From the NCBI GenBank assembly GCA_964582365.1, contig CAZOQV010000003.1:1-59103 (forward strand): 59,103 nt of DNA, written 5' to 3'. The position numbers were made by a program, and so were the translations under genes. The stretch's first letter is position 1, and every line of letters begins with the position of its first letter. This DNA is from an uncultured Gammaproteobacteria bacterium (lineage in GTDB: Bacteria; Patescibacteriota; Microgenomatia; UBA12405). Shown here one piece after another: positions 26,189 through 35,502 of this stretch. The notes below the pieces were generated by a model. The model saw only the letters and a list, made by a program, of their open reading frames with translations, did not search any database and was not told the DNA's origin.

Positions 26189-28135
26189 ATGGTGAAAACT
26201 GCTCCAACATTAATAGTAGATCAAACTCCTGTTAAAAAGATAGTCTCTAAAAAGAAAAAAATATTAAGAATTATTCTTAATATTTTGTCTGTTATTTTGA
26301 TTTTAGCTTCTATAATTGCCGTTCTTGGTTTTTTCTTAGTTTTTATTCCCGGAAGAAAATTATATGCCCAAGTTTTAAAACTAAAAGAATCTGTTCCTGT
26401 AATTCAACAAGCCATTAGTGATAAAGATCTAGATAAAATTAAAGAAACACTAACTATTGTCAAAAATCAAACTGCTTCTATAAGTGTCAGTTATCAAAAG
26501 TTTTCTTGGTCTAAAATTTTACCAATAGTTGGGGATTATTATAAAGATGGTCAACAAATTTTAATTGTTGCCAAAGAAGGAATTGAAACTGGCGAAATCT
26601 TAATTAATGCTGTTGAGCCATATGCTGATTTTCTTGGTGTCAAAGGCGGATCAGTCAGCAGTGAACAAACCACTGAAGACCGAATTACTTTTTTAACTGA
26701 ATCAATTGAAAGTTTAATCCCATATTTAGATCAAATTGAAACAAAAATTACTGCCATTAAAGAATCAATTAATCAAATTAATGCTTCTCGTTATCCAGAA
26801 GAATTTAAAGGCTATCAAATAAAATCCAATATTACAAAAATTCAAGGAACAATCGACGATGTTCATAAATTTGTTAAAGATGGTAAACCTGTCATCGGAA
26901 AAATTTCTTGGCTTTTAGGTAAAGACAATCCTAGAAAATATTTAATAATCTTCCAAAATGATGGCGAACTCAGACCCAGCGGTGGTTTCTGGACTGCTTA
27001 CAGCACTTTAACCGTTAAAGACGGCAAAGTCACTCCTGGTATAGCCAGTAATATTTATGATCTTGACGATAAAATAAACAGTAAAGTTCCGGCACCCAGA
27101 TTAATCAAGTCATATCATATAAATGTCCCTTATCTTAATCTTCGTGATAGTAATCTTTCTCCAGATTTTCCTACTGATGCCAAAATATTTTTAGAAAAAT
27201 ACACTAAAGCCATGGGTAGCAGAGATAAATTTGATGCTGTAATCGCTATTGATACCAAACTTTTGGTCGATATGGTTAAAATTTTAGGAAGATTAGATAC
27301 TAGAGTCGGAACCTTCACTACCGATCCTGATAAAAGATGTGACGGCTGTCCTTCAATAATTTATGAATTACAATGGATCTCCGGTCGACCTAGAAATTAT
27401 ATTGAAAAAAATCGAAAAGATTTCTTAAATCCTCTAATGTCTTCTTTATTAGCCAATTTAATGGGAGCAGAAAAATCAAAAATGGGCTCAATAATTGAGA
27501 CTGGTTTAAAAAATATCAATGAAAAACATGTTTTGTTCTACTTTCCAGACGAAGAAATGCAAAATATTGGAAATTTAGCCAATGTTACCGGAAAAATAAT
27601 TGACGTTGATAAAACTGTCGACTACATCCATTTAAACGATGCTAATTTTGCCAGTGCTAAAAGCAATATCTTTATTACTCAAAAAATTAAACACGATATT
27701 ACCATTAAAGATAGTGTTGCTGAACATAAAATTTCAGTAACCTATACCAATCCATCTCCTGCCTCAAATTGTAATTTAGAAAAAGGAGATCTATGTCTAA
27801 ATGCCGCTCAATACCGTAATTTATTTAGGTTCTATGTTCCAATTGGCTCTAAACTTATTAAAATGACCGGCTCAGAAGTTCAAGTTGAACCTTATGAAGA
27901 ATTAAATAAATTAGTTTTTGAAGGCTTTTATGGTAATAAATATCCTCTTTATGCTAAATCAAATATCAAAACTTCTGTTCAATACACCTCCGGAGCCACT
28001 GTCGGGTCAGACTACACTCTAATGCTTCAAAAACAACCAGGAACAAAAGCCGTTGAATATGAATTAACCATAAATGGTGAAGAACAACCAATTTTTCAAT
28101 GGGTCGCCGATAAAACCATCAAATTTTCTTTGTAA
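26189..28135 (+). CDS. DUF4012-like membrane-anchored extracytoplasmic protein
   Basis: 648 aa, single N-terminal TM segment and a large secreted domain. NDGELRPSGGFWTAYSTL resembles the DUF4012 core motif. Sits at the end of the glycan cluster. Confidence 0.5.
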   Translation: MVKTAPTLIVDQTPVKKIVSKKKKILRIILNILSVILILASIIAVLGFFLVFIPGRKLYAQVLKLKESVPVIQQAISDKDLDKIKETLTIVKNQTASISVSYQKFSWSKILPIVGDYYKDGQQILIVAKEGIETGEILINAVEPYADFLGVKGGSVSSEQTTEDRITFLTESIESLIPYLDQIETKITAIKESINQINASRYPEEFKGYQIKSNITKIQGTIDDVHKFVKDGKPVIGKISWLLGKDNPRKYLIIFQNDGELRPSGGFWTAYSTLTVKDGKVTPGIASNIYDLDDKINSKVPAPRLIKSYHINVPYLNLRDSNLSPDFPTDAKIFLEKYTKAMGSRDKFDAVIAIDTKLLVDMVKILGRLDTRVGTFTTDPDKRCDGCPSIIYELQWISGRPRNYIEKNRKDFLNPLMSSLLANLMGAEKSKMGSIIETGLKNINEKHVLFYFPDEEMQNIGNLANVTGKIIDVDKTVDYIHLNDANFASAKSNIFITQKIKHDITIKDSVAEHKISVTYTNPSPASNCNLEKGDLCLNAAQYRNLFRFYVPIGSKLIKMTGSEVQVEPYEELNKLVFEGFYGNKYPLYAKSNIKTSVQYTSGATVGSDYTLMLQKQPGTKAVEYELTINGEEQPIFQWVADKTIKFSL

Positions 28136-28695
28136 TGGATAAATATCAAAACACAATAGGAATTGTTATTAATAAAAAAACAATCAAAGAAACTGATTTA
28201 TTAATAACACTTTTAACCCCAAGACAAGGAAAAATTGTTGCTTTAGCTAAAGGTGCTAAAAACATTAAAAGTAGTCGTCTAAGTTCTCTCCAACTCGGCA
28301 ATATTATTAAAGCTCAACTTTATCAAAAGAATGATTATCTTTGGTTATCTGAGGCTCAAACCATCAATCCTTTTTTACAAAGCGAAAAAAATCTTACTCA
28401 ATTAAATTTATTATTTTATTTTTTGGAAATTTTAAATCGTCTTATTGCTGAAAATCAGCAAATCGAAAATATCTATCAGATTTCTCAAGAAATTATTGAC
28501 TCTATCAACAAAAATCAATTAAATCGTTATATTAAAAACGAAATTCTTTTTATTGAAACTCTTGGTTATGGTCTTCCGAATGAAATTAATCAATATTTTG
28601 CCAAAAAAGATTATAAGACTACTCAACAATTAATCAAAGGTTTCTTTGAATCTATTATTGAAAAGCCATTAGAGAGTAATAAGCTTTTTAAGTAA
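28135..28695 (+). CDS. recO: DNA repair protein RecO (short form)
   Basis: N-terminal OB-fold pattern GIVINKKTIKETDLLITLLTPRQGKIVALAKGAKNIKSSRLSSLQLGN. The ATG overlaps the upstream stop. Confidence 0.65.
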   Translation: MDKYQNTIGIVINKKTIKETDLLITLLTPRQGKIVALAKGAKNIKSSRLSSLQLGNIIKAQLYQKNDYLWLSEAQTINPFLQSEKNLTQLNLLFYFLEILNRLIAENQQIENIYQISQEIIDSINKNQLNRYIKNEILFIETLGYGLPNEINQYFAKKDYKTTQQLIKGFFESIIEKPLESNKLFK

Positions 28696-28714
28696 TCTCA
28701 GGTTATAATATTCC

Positions 28715-30037
28715 ATGGCAGAAAAAAATCAAAACGAAACAGTCAGTAAGATCGTCAGTCTTTGTAAAAGACGCGGTATTATTTTTCAAAACTCAGAAAT
28801 ATATGGCGGTGTTCAAGGTTTTTACGATTACGGTCCCATTGGTTCTTTAATGAAAATGAATTGGAAAAATATCTGGTTGAAACATAATGTTACTAGTCGT
28901 CGTGATGTTGTTTATATCGATGGTTCCATTATCACTCATCCAAAAGTTTGGGAAGCATCAGGTCATGTCAAAAATTTTGCCGATATTATGGTTGAATGTA
29001 AATCATGCCATAAAAGATTTCGTCCTGATCTGCTCGATGATCCTTCAAAATGTCCAGAATGTGGAGGTCAATTTACAGAAGGTAAAAAATATAATATTCT
29101 CTTTGAAACTGAAATTGGTGTTATCGAAGGTGAAAAACAACATGCTTATTTAAGAGGAGAAGCTTGCCAAACTATTTATCTTGATTTTAAAAACATCGTC
29201 GACTCTTGTCGTGTCAAAATTCCCTTTGGTATTGCTCAAATTGGGAAAGCTTTTAGAAATGAAATAACTCCCAAAAACTTTTTATATCGTACTCGCGAAT
29301 TTGAACAATGGGATGTTCAATATTTTGTTCATCCTAACGATATGGAAAAATGGTTTGAGTATTGGAAAGAAAATCACATGAATTGGTATCAAAAATTATT
29401 CAATAATCCAGAAAACTTAAGATTTCGTCAGCACGAACCAGATGAATTATCTTTTTATGCCAAAAAAGCTTTTGATATTGAATATAAAACCCCGTGGGGT
29501 TGGGCTGAAATGGAAGGAGTTCATTGGCGTTCAGATTACGACTTAACTCAACATTCTAAATTCAGTGGTCAAGATCTCTCTTATCTTGATCCAGTCACTC
29601 ATGAAAAATATCTCCCTCACATCACTGAATGTTCTGGTGGTGTCGACCGTAGTTTCTTTTTTATGTTACTTGATGCTTATTGCGAAGAAAAAACCGAATC
29701 TGGCGAAATCCGAACAGTTTTAAAAGTTAAACCTCAAATTTCTGCCTATAAAATGGCTATTATTCCACTTGCCTCCAATAAGCCAGAATTAATTGCCAAA
29801 GCTGAATCAATTTTTCAAAAACTAAATGAAAAATATTCAGTCGATTGGGATGATAGTAGCAATATAGGTAAAAAATATCGTCGCCAAGACGAAATTGGCA
29901 CTCCTTGGTGTTTGGTCGTTGACTATCAAACCCTCGAAGACAATACTGTTAGTATTCGTGACCGAGACACCATGGAACAAGTCAGAATTAAAGCTGATGA
30001 AGTTGACAATTGGTTAGAAAAACAGTTAAATAAATAA
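28715..30037 (+). CDS. glyQS: glycine--tRNA ligase (alpha2 dimeric type)
   Basis: KRRGIIFQNSEIYGG, class II motifs (LRGEACQ, GKAFRNEITP, FEQWDVQYF), a CxxC...CxxC insertion, GGVDRSFF and an anticodon-binding C-terminus. Confidence 0.9.
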   Translation: MAEKNQNETVSKIVSLCKRRGIIFQNSEIYGGVQGFYDYGPIGSLMKMNWKNIWLKHNVTSRRDVVYIDGSIITHPKVWEASGHVKNFADIMVECKSCHKRFRPDLLDDPSKCPECGGQFTEGKKYNILFETEIGVIEGEKQHAYLRGEACQTIYLDFKNIVDSCRVKIPFGIAQIGKAFRNEITPKNFLYRTREFEQWDVQYFVHPNDMEKWFEYWKENHMNWYQKLFNNPENLRFRQHEPDELSFYAKKAFDIEYKTPWGWAEMEGVHWRSDYDLTQHSKFSGQDLSYLDPVTHEKYLPHITECSGGVDRSFFFMLLDAYCEEKTESGEIRTVLKVKPQISAYKMAIIPLASNKPELIAKAESIFQKLNEKYSVDWDDSSNIGKKYRRQDEIGTPWCLVVDYQTLEDNTVSIRDRDTMEQVRIKADEVDNWLEKQLNK

Positions 30038-30039
30038 TC

Positions 30040-30753
30040 ATGAAAAAAATAATAAAACTATTTGCTTTTACCGCTCTCATTATTTCATCATCTTTTTTAT
30101 TATCTGCTTGCAGTAAAAAACCTGTAGCAGACACTCCTGATTCAGCCAAAAATACCGCCAAAACTGCTAAAAAAATCGAACTGTCTGCCGATGAAAAACC
30201 ATATATCAGCCTAGTTCCAACTGTAGATGGTCACACTTTATCTCTTAAAATTTCTCAAGTTCCGCCTAAATTCACCAGCATTGATTATGAATTAATCTAC
30301 ACTGCCATAGATGGAGATATTGAAATTGAAAAAGGGGTCAGTGGTACTATAAAAAGTTCCGAATATTCATCGGCTAAAGATCTTTTATTGGGCACTGCCA
30401 GTTGTACCAACGGTTGCAAATACAAATACGATGAAGGTGTCACTGGCGGAACACTCACCTTAATATTGAATACCGACAATAAAGAATATTTTAATCATGA
30501 AACTTCTTTTGTTTTTTCTAGCGGTACCGATATCAATAAAGCCAAAAAATTTAGTTTAATCCAGGATAATTTTATTATCAATGGAACCGTCACCGCTAAA
30601 AGTGAATATTTCATTGCTTTTAAAAATTTTAAATCAATTTATTCTGTTTTCTCTAGTGGTACCGGCAAAGGCAAAATCGTTTCCATCGAACCTACCACTA
30701 TCACCAAAACCGATACTAACACTATCACTGGTGACTACACCATCGCCCAATAA
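30040..30753 (+). CDS. lipoprotein of unknown function
   Basis: Signal peptide with lipobox LLSAC, then a Ser/Thr-rich beta-type sequence. No family motif recognised. Confidence 0.5.
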   Translation: MKKIIKLFAFTALIISSSFLLSACSKKPVADTPDSAKNTAKTAKKIELSADEKPYISLVPTVDGHTLSLKISQVPPKFTSIDYELIYTAIDGDIEIEKGVSGTIKSSEYSSAKDLLLGTASCTNGCKYKYDEGVTGGTLTLILNTDNKEYFNHETSFVFSSGTDINKAKKFSLIQDNFIINGTVTAKSEYFIAFKNFKSIYSVFSSGTGKGKIVSIEPTTITKTDTNTITGDYTIAQ

Positions 30754-31637
30754 TGGATTTTCATATTCCTGTTTTACTAGCTGAAACAATTAGACTTCTT
30801 AACGTCCAAAAAAATAAAATTTATATTGACGGTACTCTTGGTCATGGTGGTCATACCTTGGAAATATTAAAACAAGGAGGCATTGTTTACGGCATTGATC
30901 AAGATCCTAAAAATTTAGAAATCGCCACTAACCGAGTCAAAGAAGCTGGATTTGAAAAACAATTTTTTCCAGTTCATAATAATTTCAACCAATTAGAAAA
31001 TTTTATTAATCAAAACATTAAGCAAAAAATTAATGGTTTAATTATTGATCTTGGTCTCAGCCAAAGTCAACAAACCGGTAAAGATAGGGGATTTTCATTT
31101 AACGATGAAATTTCTCTCGACATGAGGCTAGATCCAGAAAATCAGGAATTAACCGCTGAAGAAATTATTAATACTTATGACTACAACGAACTTTTCGAAA
31201 TTTTTAGTAAATACGCCCAAGAAGTTTATAGTAAACCATTAGCTTTAAAAATAATTCACGAACGTCAAAAATCACCAATAAAAAATTCCGTAAGATTGGC
31301 TAATATTATTCGAGATTTTTATAAAGACCATCATTTCAGATCTAAAATAGATCCTAGTACTAAAATTTTTATGAGTCTTCGCATCGTTGTTAATAATGAA
31401 TTTGATAATTTAAAAGATATTCTTAGTCAAAGCTTAAACACAGTCGCTAAAGACGGCAATGTTTGCATTATTTCTTTTCATTCCGGAGAAGATAGAATTG
31501 TCAAACAATTTATTAAAAATTATTCGGATCAAAAAATAATTATTGAAAATAAAAAACCTGCCAAAGCTTCTTTTGAAGAAATCAAAAAGAATCCTTTATC
31601 TCGCTCAGCCACCCTAAGATCGTATAGAATAGTATAA
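30753..31637 (+). CDS. rsmH: 16S rRNA (cytosine1402-N4)-methyltransferase
   Basis: HIPVLLAE, DGTLGHGGH, GIDQD, DLGLSQSQ and SFHSGEDRIVK motifs. It takes the first position of the dcw cluster. Confidence 0.9.
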   Translation: MDFHIPVLLAETIRLLNVQKNKIYIDGTLGHGGHTLEILKQGGIVYGIDQDPKNLEIATNRVKEAGFEKQFFPVHNNFNQLENFINQNIKQKINGLIIDLGLSQSQQTGKDRGFSFNDEISLDMRLDPENQELTAEEIINTYDYNELFEIFSKYAQEVYSKPLALKIIHERQKSPIKNSVRLANIIRDFYKDHHFRSKIDPSTKIFMSLRIVVNNEFDNLKDILSQSLNTVAKDGNVCIISFHSGEDRIVKQFIKNYSDQKIIIENKKPAKASFEEIKKNPLSRSATLRSYRIV

Positions 31638-31638
31638 G

Positions 31639-31896
31639 ATGTTAAACAAATCATTTTTTCTAGTCATCTTTTTTATAATCATATTTCAAATTATATTTTC
31701 GTTCTATTATTCCAGTGAAATTATTAATCAAAATAATCTAATTAATCAAAATCAAATCATATTTCAAACTCTTAAATTTAAAAATCAAAATTTAGAAAAA
31801 AAATTAGCCATCTTATCTTCTTTAACTACCATTGAAGCCACTACCAGTCAAAAAAACTATATAAATTTACAAGAAACTTTAACTCTTCAAAACTAA
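31639..31896 (+). CDS. FtsL-like small bitopic division protein
   Basis: 85 aa with one TM segment followed by a coiled-coil-like segment. It sits between rsmH and ftsI, as ftsL does. No sequence motif supports the call. Confidence 0.4.
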   Translation: MLNKSFFLVIFFIIIFQIIFSFYYSSEIINQNNLINQNQIIFQTLKFKNQNLEKKLAILSSLTTIEATTSQKNYINLQETLTLQN

Positions 31897-31897
31897 A

Positions 31898-33550
31898 GTG
31901 CAAAATTCAAGATCAAAAATACTATCTATTGCTCTTACCTTTTGTTTTATGGTTATTTCCTGGCGTTTTTTTTATTGGCAGGTTGTTAAAGCTCCAGAAT
32001 TTAAAGAAAAAGCTAAAAATCAAACATACAAACTGGCAACTATTCATCCTGAACGAGGAAAAATCTATTCTTCTGACAAATTTCCCCTTGTTTTAAACCA
32101 AACTGTTTATCAACTTTCATTGTATAAGCCAAATTTTAAGGAAGACTTAGACCAAATAATAAATCAGATAGAACAAGTCTATCCTGATTTTAAAACTAAA
32201 AATAACGAAACTATTATTAAATTTAAAAATAATTCCAATCAAAAATGGATTACCTTCAATCCAGAATTTAGCGAAGAACAAAAAAACCTATTAAACATCT
32301 CTGGTATCGAATTTAAAAAAATAGAAAAAAGATTTTATCCAGAAAATTCTTTAGCTTCAGATATTCTTGGAATTATTGGCAAAGATTCAAGTGGAAGCAA
32401 AATTGGATATGGTGGTCTTGAAGCCTTTTATCAAAAACAATTACAAGGAAAAACCGGATTTGTTTGGGGACCACAAGATGCCACTGGAAAAACCATTTTA
32501 AATAAAAAAAGTTGGAGTTCAAATGCCGTCAATGGTCGAAATATTTTTACCAACATTAACAGAAGTGCTCAATTTTATGTTGAAAAACTTTTACGTGAAG
32601 GTATTGATAAATACACCGCCGATTCAGGTTCCATTACTATTATTGAATCAAAAACCGGTGCTATTTTAGCTATGTCCACTCTCACGGCCACCAGCTCTGC
32701 CACTGCTAGTGGAATTAGAAACCCCGCCATTTCAGATCTTTTTGAACCAGGTTCTATTTTTAAGCCATTAATTGTCTCCATGGCTTTAGACACTAATTCA
32801 ATCGACACTGATTATGTTTGCACTAAATGTAATCAAGCCCGTGTTATCGGCAAATACAACATTAGTAATTGGAATAATGAATTTCACGCCAACTCCACTC
32901 TTCAAGACATTATTAAAAATTCCGACAATGTTGGTATGAGTTATATTATTGCCCAACTTGGTAAAGATAATTTTTTAGATTATTATCAAAAACTTGGACT
33001 CACTCAAAAAACCGGCATTGATCTTCAAGGTGAAGCTAAACCAACCATTAAAAACCAGTGGCCAGAAATTGATTTAGCCACTGCTTCTTTTGGACAAGGA
33101 ATTGTAGTCACTCAAATTGGTATGCTTCAAGCCTTTAATGTCATTGCTAACGATGGTGTTTTGGTTAGACCAAAAGTTGTCGATTATTTTATCGAAGAAG
33201 ACAAAATAATTAAAAATAAAAATAATAAAGAAACTCAAGTTTTCAGTTTAGATACCATAAAGAAAATAAAATCGATTTTAAAATATTCTGTTGAAAGTGG
33301 TGTTGTTTCCAGACTTAAACCAAATAATCTTGAAGTTTGCGCCAAAAGTGGTACCGCTCAAGTCGCCATTCAGGGTAGCTATAAAAATAATTCTTCAACC
33401 ATCGCTTCATATATTGGTTTTTCTCCTTGTGATAATCCTAAATTTACTATGATTGTCACTATTAATAATCCCAGAACTTCACCCTGGGGATCAAGTACTG
33501 CTGCTCCGATCTGGTATGAACTAGCGTCAAAGTTAAACTATTTGTTATAA
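31898..33550 (+). CDS. ftsI: penicillin-binding protein (class B transpeptidase, FtsI/PBP2 type)
   Basis: N-terminal TM segment, SxxK (GSIFKP), SxN (SDN) and KSG (KSGTA) active-site motifs. GTG start. Confidence 0.88.
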   Translation: MQNSRSKILSIALTFCFMVISWRFFYWQVVKAPEFKEKAKNQTYKLATIHPERGKIYSSDKFPLVLNQTVYQLSLYKPNFKEDLDQIINQIEQVYPDFKTKNNETIIKFKNNSNQKWITFNPEFSEEQKNLLNISGIEFKKIEKRFYPENSLASDILGIIGKDSSGSKIGYGGLEAFYQKQLQGKTGFVWGPQDATGKTILNKKSWSSNAVNGRNIFTNINRSAQFYVEKLLREGIDKYTADSGSITIIESKTGAILAMSTLTATSSATASGIRNPAISDLFEPGSIFKPLIVSMALDTNSIDTDYVCTKCNQARVIGKYNISNWNNEFHANSTLQDIIKNSDNVGMSYIIAQLGKDNFLDYYQKLGLTQKTGIDLQGEAKPTIKNQWPEIDLATASFGQGIVVTQIGMLQAFNVIANDGVLVRPKVVDYFIEEDKIIKNKNNKETQVFSLDTIKKIKSILKYSVESGVVSRLKPNNLEVCAKSGTAQVAIQGSYKNNSSTIASYIGFSPCDNPKFTMIVTINNPRTSPWGSSTAAPIWYELASKLNYLL

Positions 33551-33563
33551 TTGAATACTTCTA

Positions 33564-34865
33564 ATGGTTCAAAAATTAAAAAACATCTTCATTCATTTAC
33601 CAAAAAGTTTTTTTTGCAACTTAAAATATGGTTTCCCTAGCCGAAAATTAACTCTAATTGGCGTTACTGGAACAGACGGTAAAACTACAACTTGTACTTT
33701 AGTCAACGAAATATTAAAAAAATCTGGTTTAAAAACCGGATTAATTACCACCATTGGCGCTAAAATTGGTGACAAAGAAATTGAAACCGGTTTTCATACC
33801 ACCACTCCAGATCCATCTGTTCTTCAAAAAATTTTGGCCGATATGGTCAAGAGTGGAATAACCCATGTTGTGTGCGAAGTCACTTCTCATGCTCTCGATC
33901 AACATCGTTTTTGGGGTTGTAACTTTAAGGTCGCCGGTATCACCAACACTTCTCATGAACATCTTGATTATCACAAAAAAATAGAAACATATATTAAGAC
34001 TAAAGCTAAACTTTTTAATCAATCCGAAACCGCTATTTTGAATAAAGATGACCAGTCTTTCGAAATTATAAAAAAACAAATAAAAATTCCCTATAAAACA
34101 TTTAGTATTAACAAAACTTCCGATTACCAAGCTCAAAAAATAAAACTTGGAACTGATAATCTCAGTTTTTGCGTTAATGATCAGAAATTTATCACTGATA
34201 GTAATTATGAATACCAAGTCTATAATATTCTTTTAGCCACCGCTATTTGCTATAAATTGGGAATTAAATCCGAAACAATTCAACAAGTAATAGAACATTT
34301 TCCAGAGACCAAGGGTCGTCGCGAAGAATTATCAAATGATTTTAAGTTTAGAACTATTATCGATTTTGCCCATACTCCTAATGCTCTTAATGCTTCACTT
34401 TCTTCTCTTAAAAAAACTAATCAAGGGAAAATTATTATTATTTTTGGAGCCACCGGTGGTCGAGACCACAGTAAACGACCGATAATGGGTAATATTGTTT
34501 CAAAATTAGCTGATATTGCCATAATTACTGCTGACGACACTAGAAATGAAAAAATTAAAGATATTAACAAACAAATCATTAGTGGTATTGATCCTGAAAA
34601 ATCAGAATTAATTGATTACCAAGAAACAAAAACTAAAAAACAAATTCAAAATATTTCAGAATTATCTAAGAAAAAATTTATTTATTTTGATATTCCAAAT
34701 CGTCAAGACGCCTTTAATTTAGCCATCAAATTAGCAAAACCAAACGATGTTGTTATTGCTTGCGGCAAAGGTCATGAAAATACTATTCTTCACGGACGCA
34801 CCGAATATCCTTGGTCCGAAGCCGAAGCTTTTAGAACCGCTTTTCGATTTCGAAAAATAAAATAA
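33564..34865 (+). CDS. murE: Mur ligase, MurE-like (UDP-MurNAc-dipeptide: diamino acid ligase), short N-terminus
   Basis: GVTGTDGKTTT P-loop, EVTSHALDQHR, NTSHEHLDYH, DFAHTPNAL, ADDTRNE. Position after ftsI. Confidence 0.75.
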   Translation: MVQKLKNIFIHLPKSFFCNLKYGFPSRKLTLIGVTGTDGKTTTCTLVNEILKKSGLKTGLITTIGAKIGDKEIETGFHTTTPDPSVLQKILADMVKSGITHVVCEVTSHALDQHRFWGCNFKVAGITNTSHEHLDYHKKIETYIKTKAKLFNQSETAILNKDDQSFEIIKKQIKIPYKTFSINKTSDYQAQKIKLGTDNLSFCVNDQKFITDSNYEYQVYNILLATAICYKLGIKSETIQQVIEHFPETKGRREELSNDFKFRTIIDFAHTPNALNASLSSLKKTNQGKIIIIFGATGGRDHSKRPIMGNIVSKLADIAIITADDTRNEKIKDINKQIISGIDPEKSELIDYQETKTKKQIQNISELSKKKFIYFDIPNRQDAFNLAIKLAKPNDVVIACGKGHENTILHGRTEYPWSEAEAFRTAFRFRKIK

Positions 34866-34866
34866 T

Positions 34867-35457
34867 ATGACTCAGTTTAATCTAAAGAATACTGACAATA
34901 TTGATCAAAATTATCAAAATGGTCTTCTTCCTCAACGAAATGATAAAAATTTGTTTTATTCTCAAACTAGTTGTCGTTCCAATTTAACTGATTTTAAATT
35001 AAGTTCTGAAAATCGCCGAATTTTAAGAAAAACTGAAGAATTCACCTTTGAAAAAATTGCTCTTAAAGATTTCAATTATGATTTAAAAACTCAAAAAGAA
35101 ATTTTTAATTGGATAAAAAAACTTGGATGGGATTATCCTACCAGTTCGGTTAAAAATGTTTTTACAAATCATATTTTTAATTATCTATATGTATGGAAAG
35201 ATAAGCAAAATAATATCATTGCTTATTCTGTTTGTTATTTTTCAGACCATATTAGTCATATCGCCTATGTTTTTTATAATCCAGAATTAGCCCATGGAAA
35301 TTTACCCATTCGTTTAGTTTTACAAACCATTATTGATAGCCACGAATCAGGTTTAACTTATTGTTATTTAGGTCGTTTTTCTAATGATAATGGTTTTTAT
35401 AAAAGAAACATGCCCGGCTTTGAATACTTTAACAATAATCAATGGCAAACTTTATAA
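34867..35457 (+). CDS. arginyltransferase (ATE_C) / Bpt-like aminoacyl-tRNA--protein transferase homologue
   Basis: F-x-x-S-x-x-x-RR-x-L-RK segment (FKLSSENRRILRK), SHIAYVFYNPEL and YCYLGRFSNDNGFYKRNMPGFEYFNNNQW mirror the ATE/Bpt C-terminal motifs (SavY.FYDP, YLGY....M.YK..F.P.E). Confidence 0.6.
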   Translation: MTQFNLKNTDNIDQNYQNGLLPQRNDKNLFYSQTSCRSNLTDFKLSSENRRILRKTEEFTFEKIALKDFNYDLKTQKEIFNWIKKLGWDYPTSSVKNVFTNHIFNYLYVWKDKQNNIIAYSVCYFSDHISHIAYVFYNPELAHGNLPIRLVLQTIIDSHESGLTYCYLGRFSNDNGFYKRNMPGFEYFNNNQWQTL

Positions 35458-35466
35458 AATTATTTT

Positions 35467-35501
35467 TTAGAAATTGGAAATTAGATATTAGAAATTAAAT
35501 A
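35467..35501 (+). repeat. TTRGAAA heptamer array (5 units) ending 1 nt before the murC/mpl ATG
   Basis: Units TTAGAAA TTGGAAA TTAGATA TTAGAAA TTAAATA. Confidence 0.88.
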
Positions 35502-35502
35502 T

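Noticed and set aside
28696-28714. T-box leaders upstream of glyQS (28715) and ileS (46897).
   Set aside because: The spacers are only 19 and about 40 nt, far too short for a T-box (about 200 nt). No specifier or antiterminator structures are visible.
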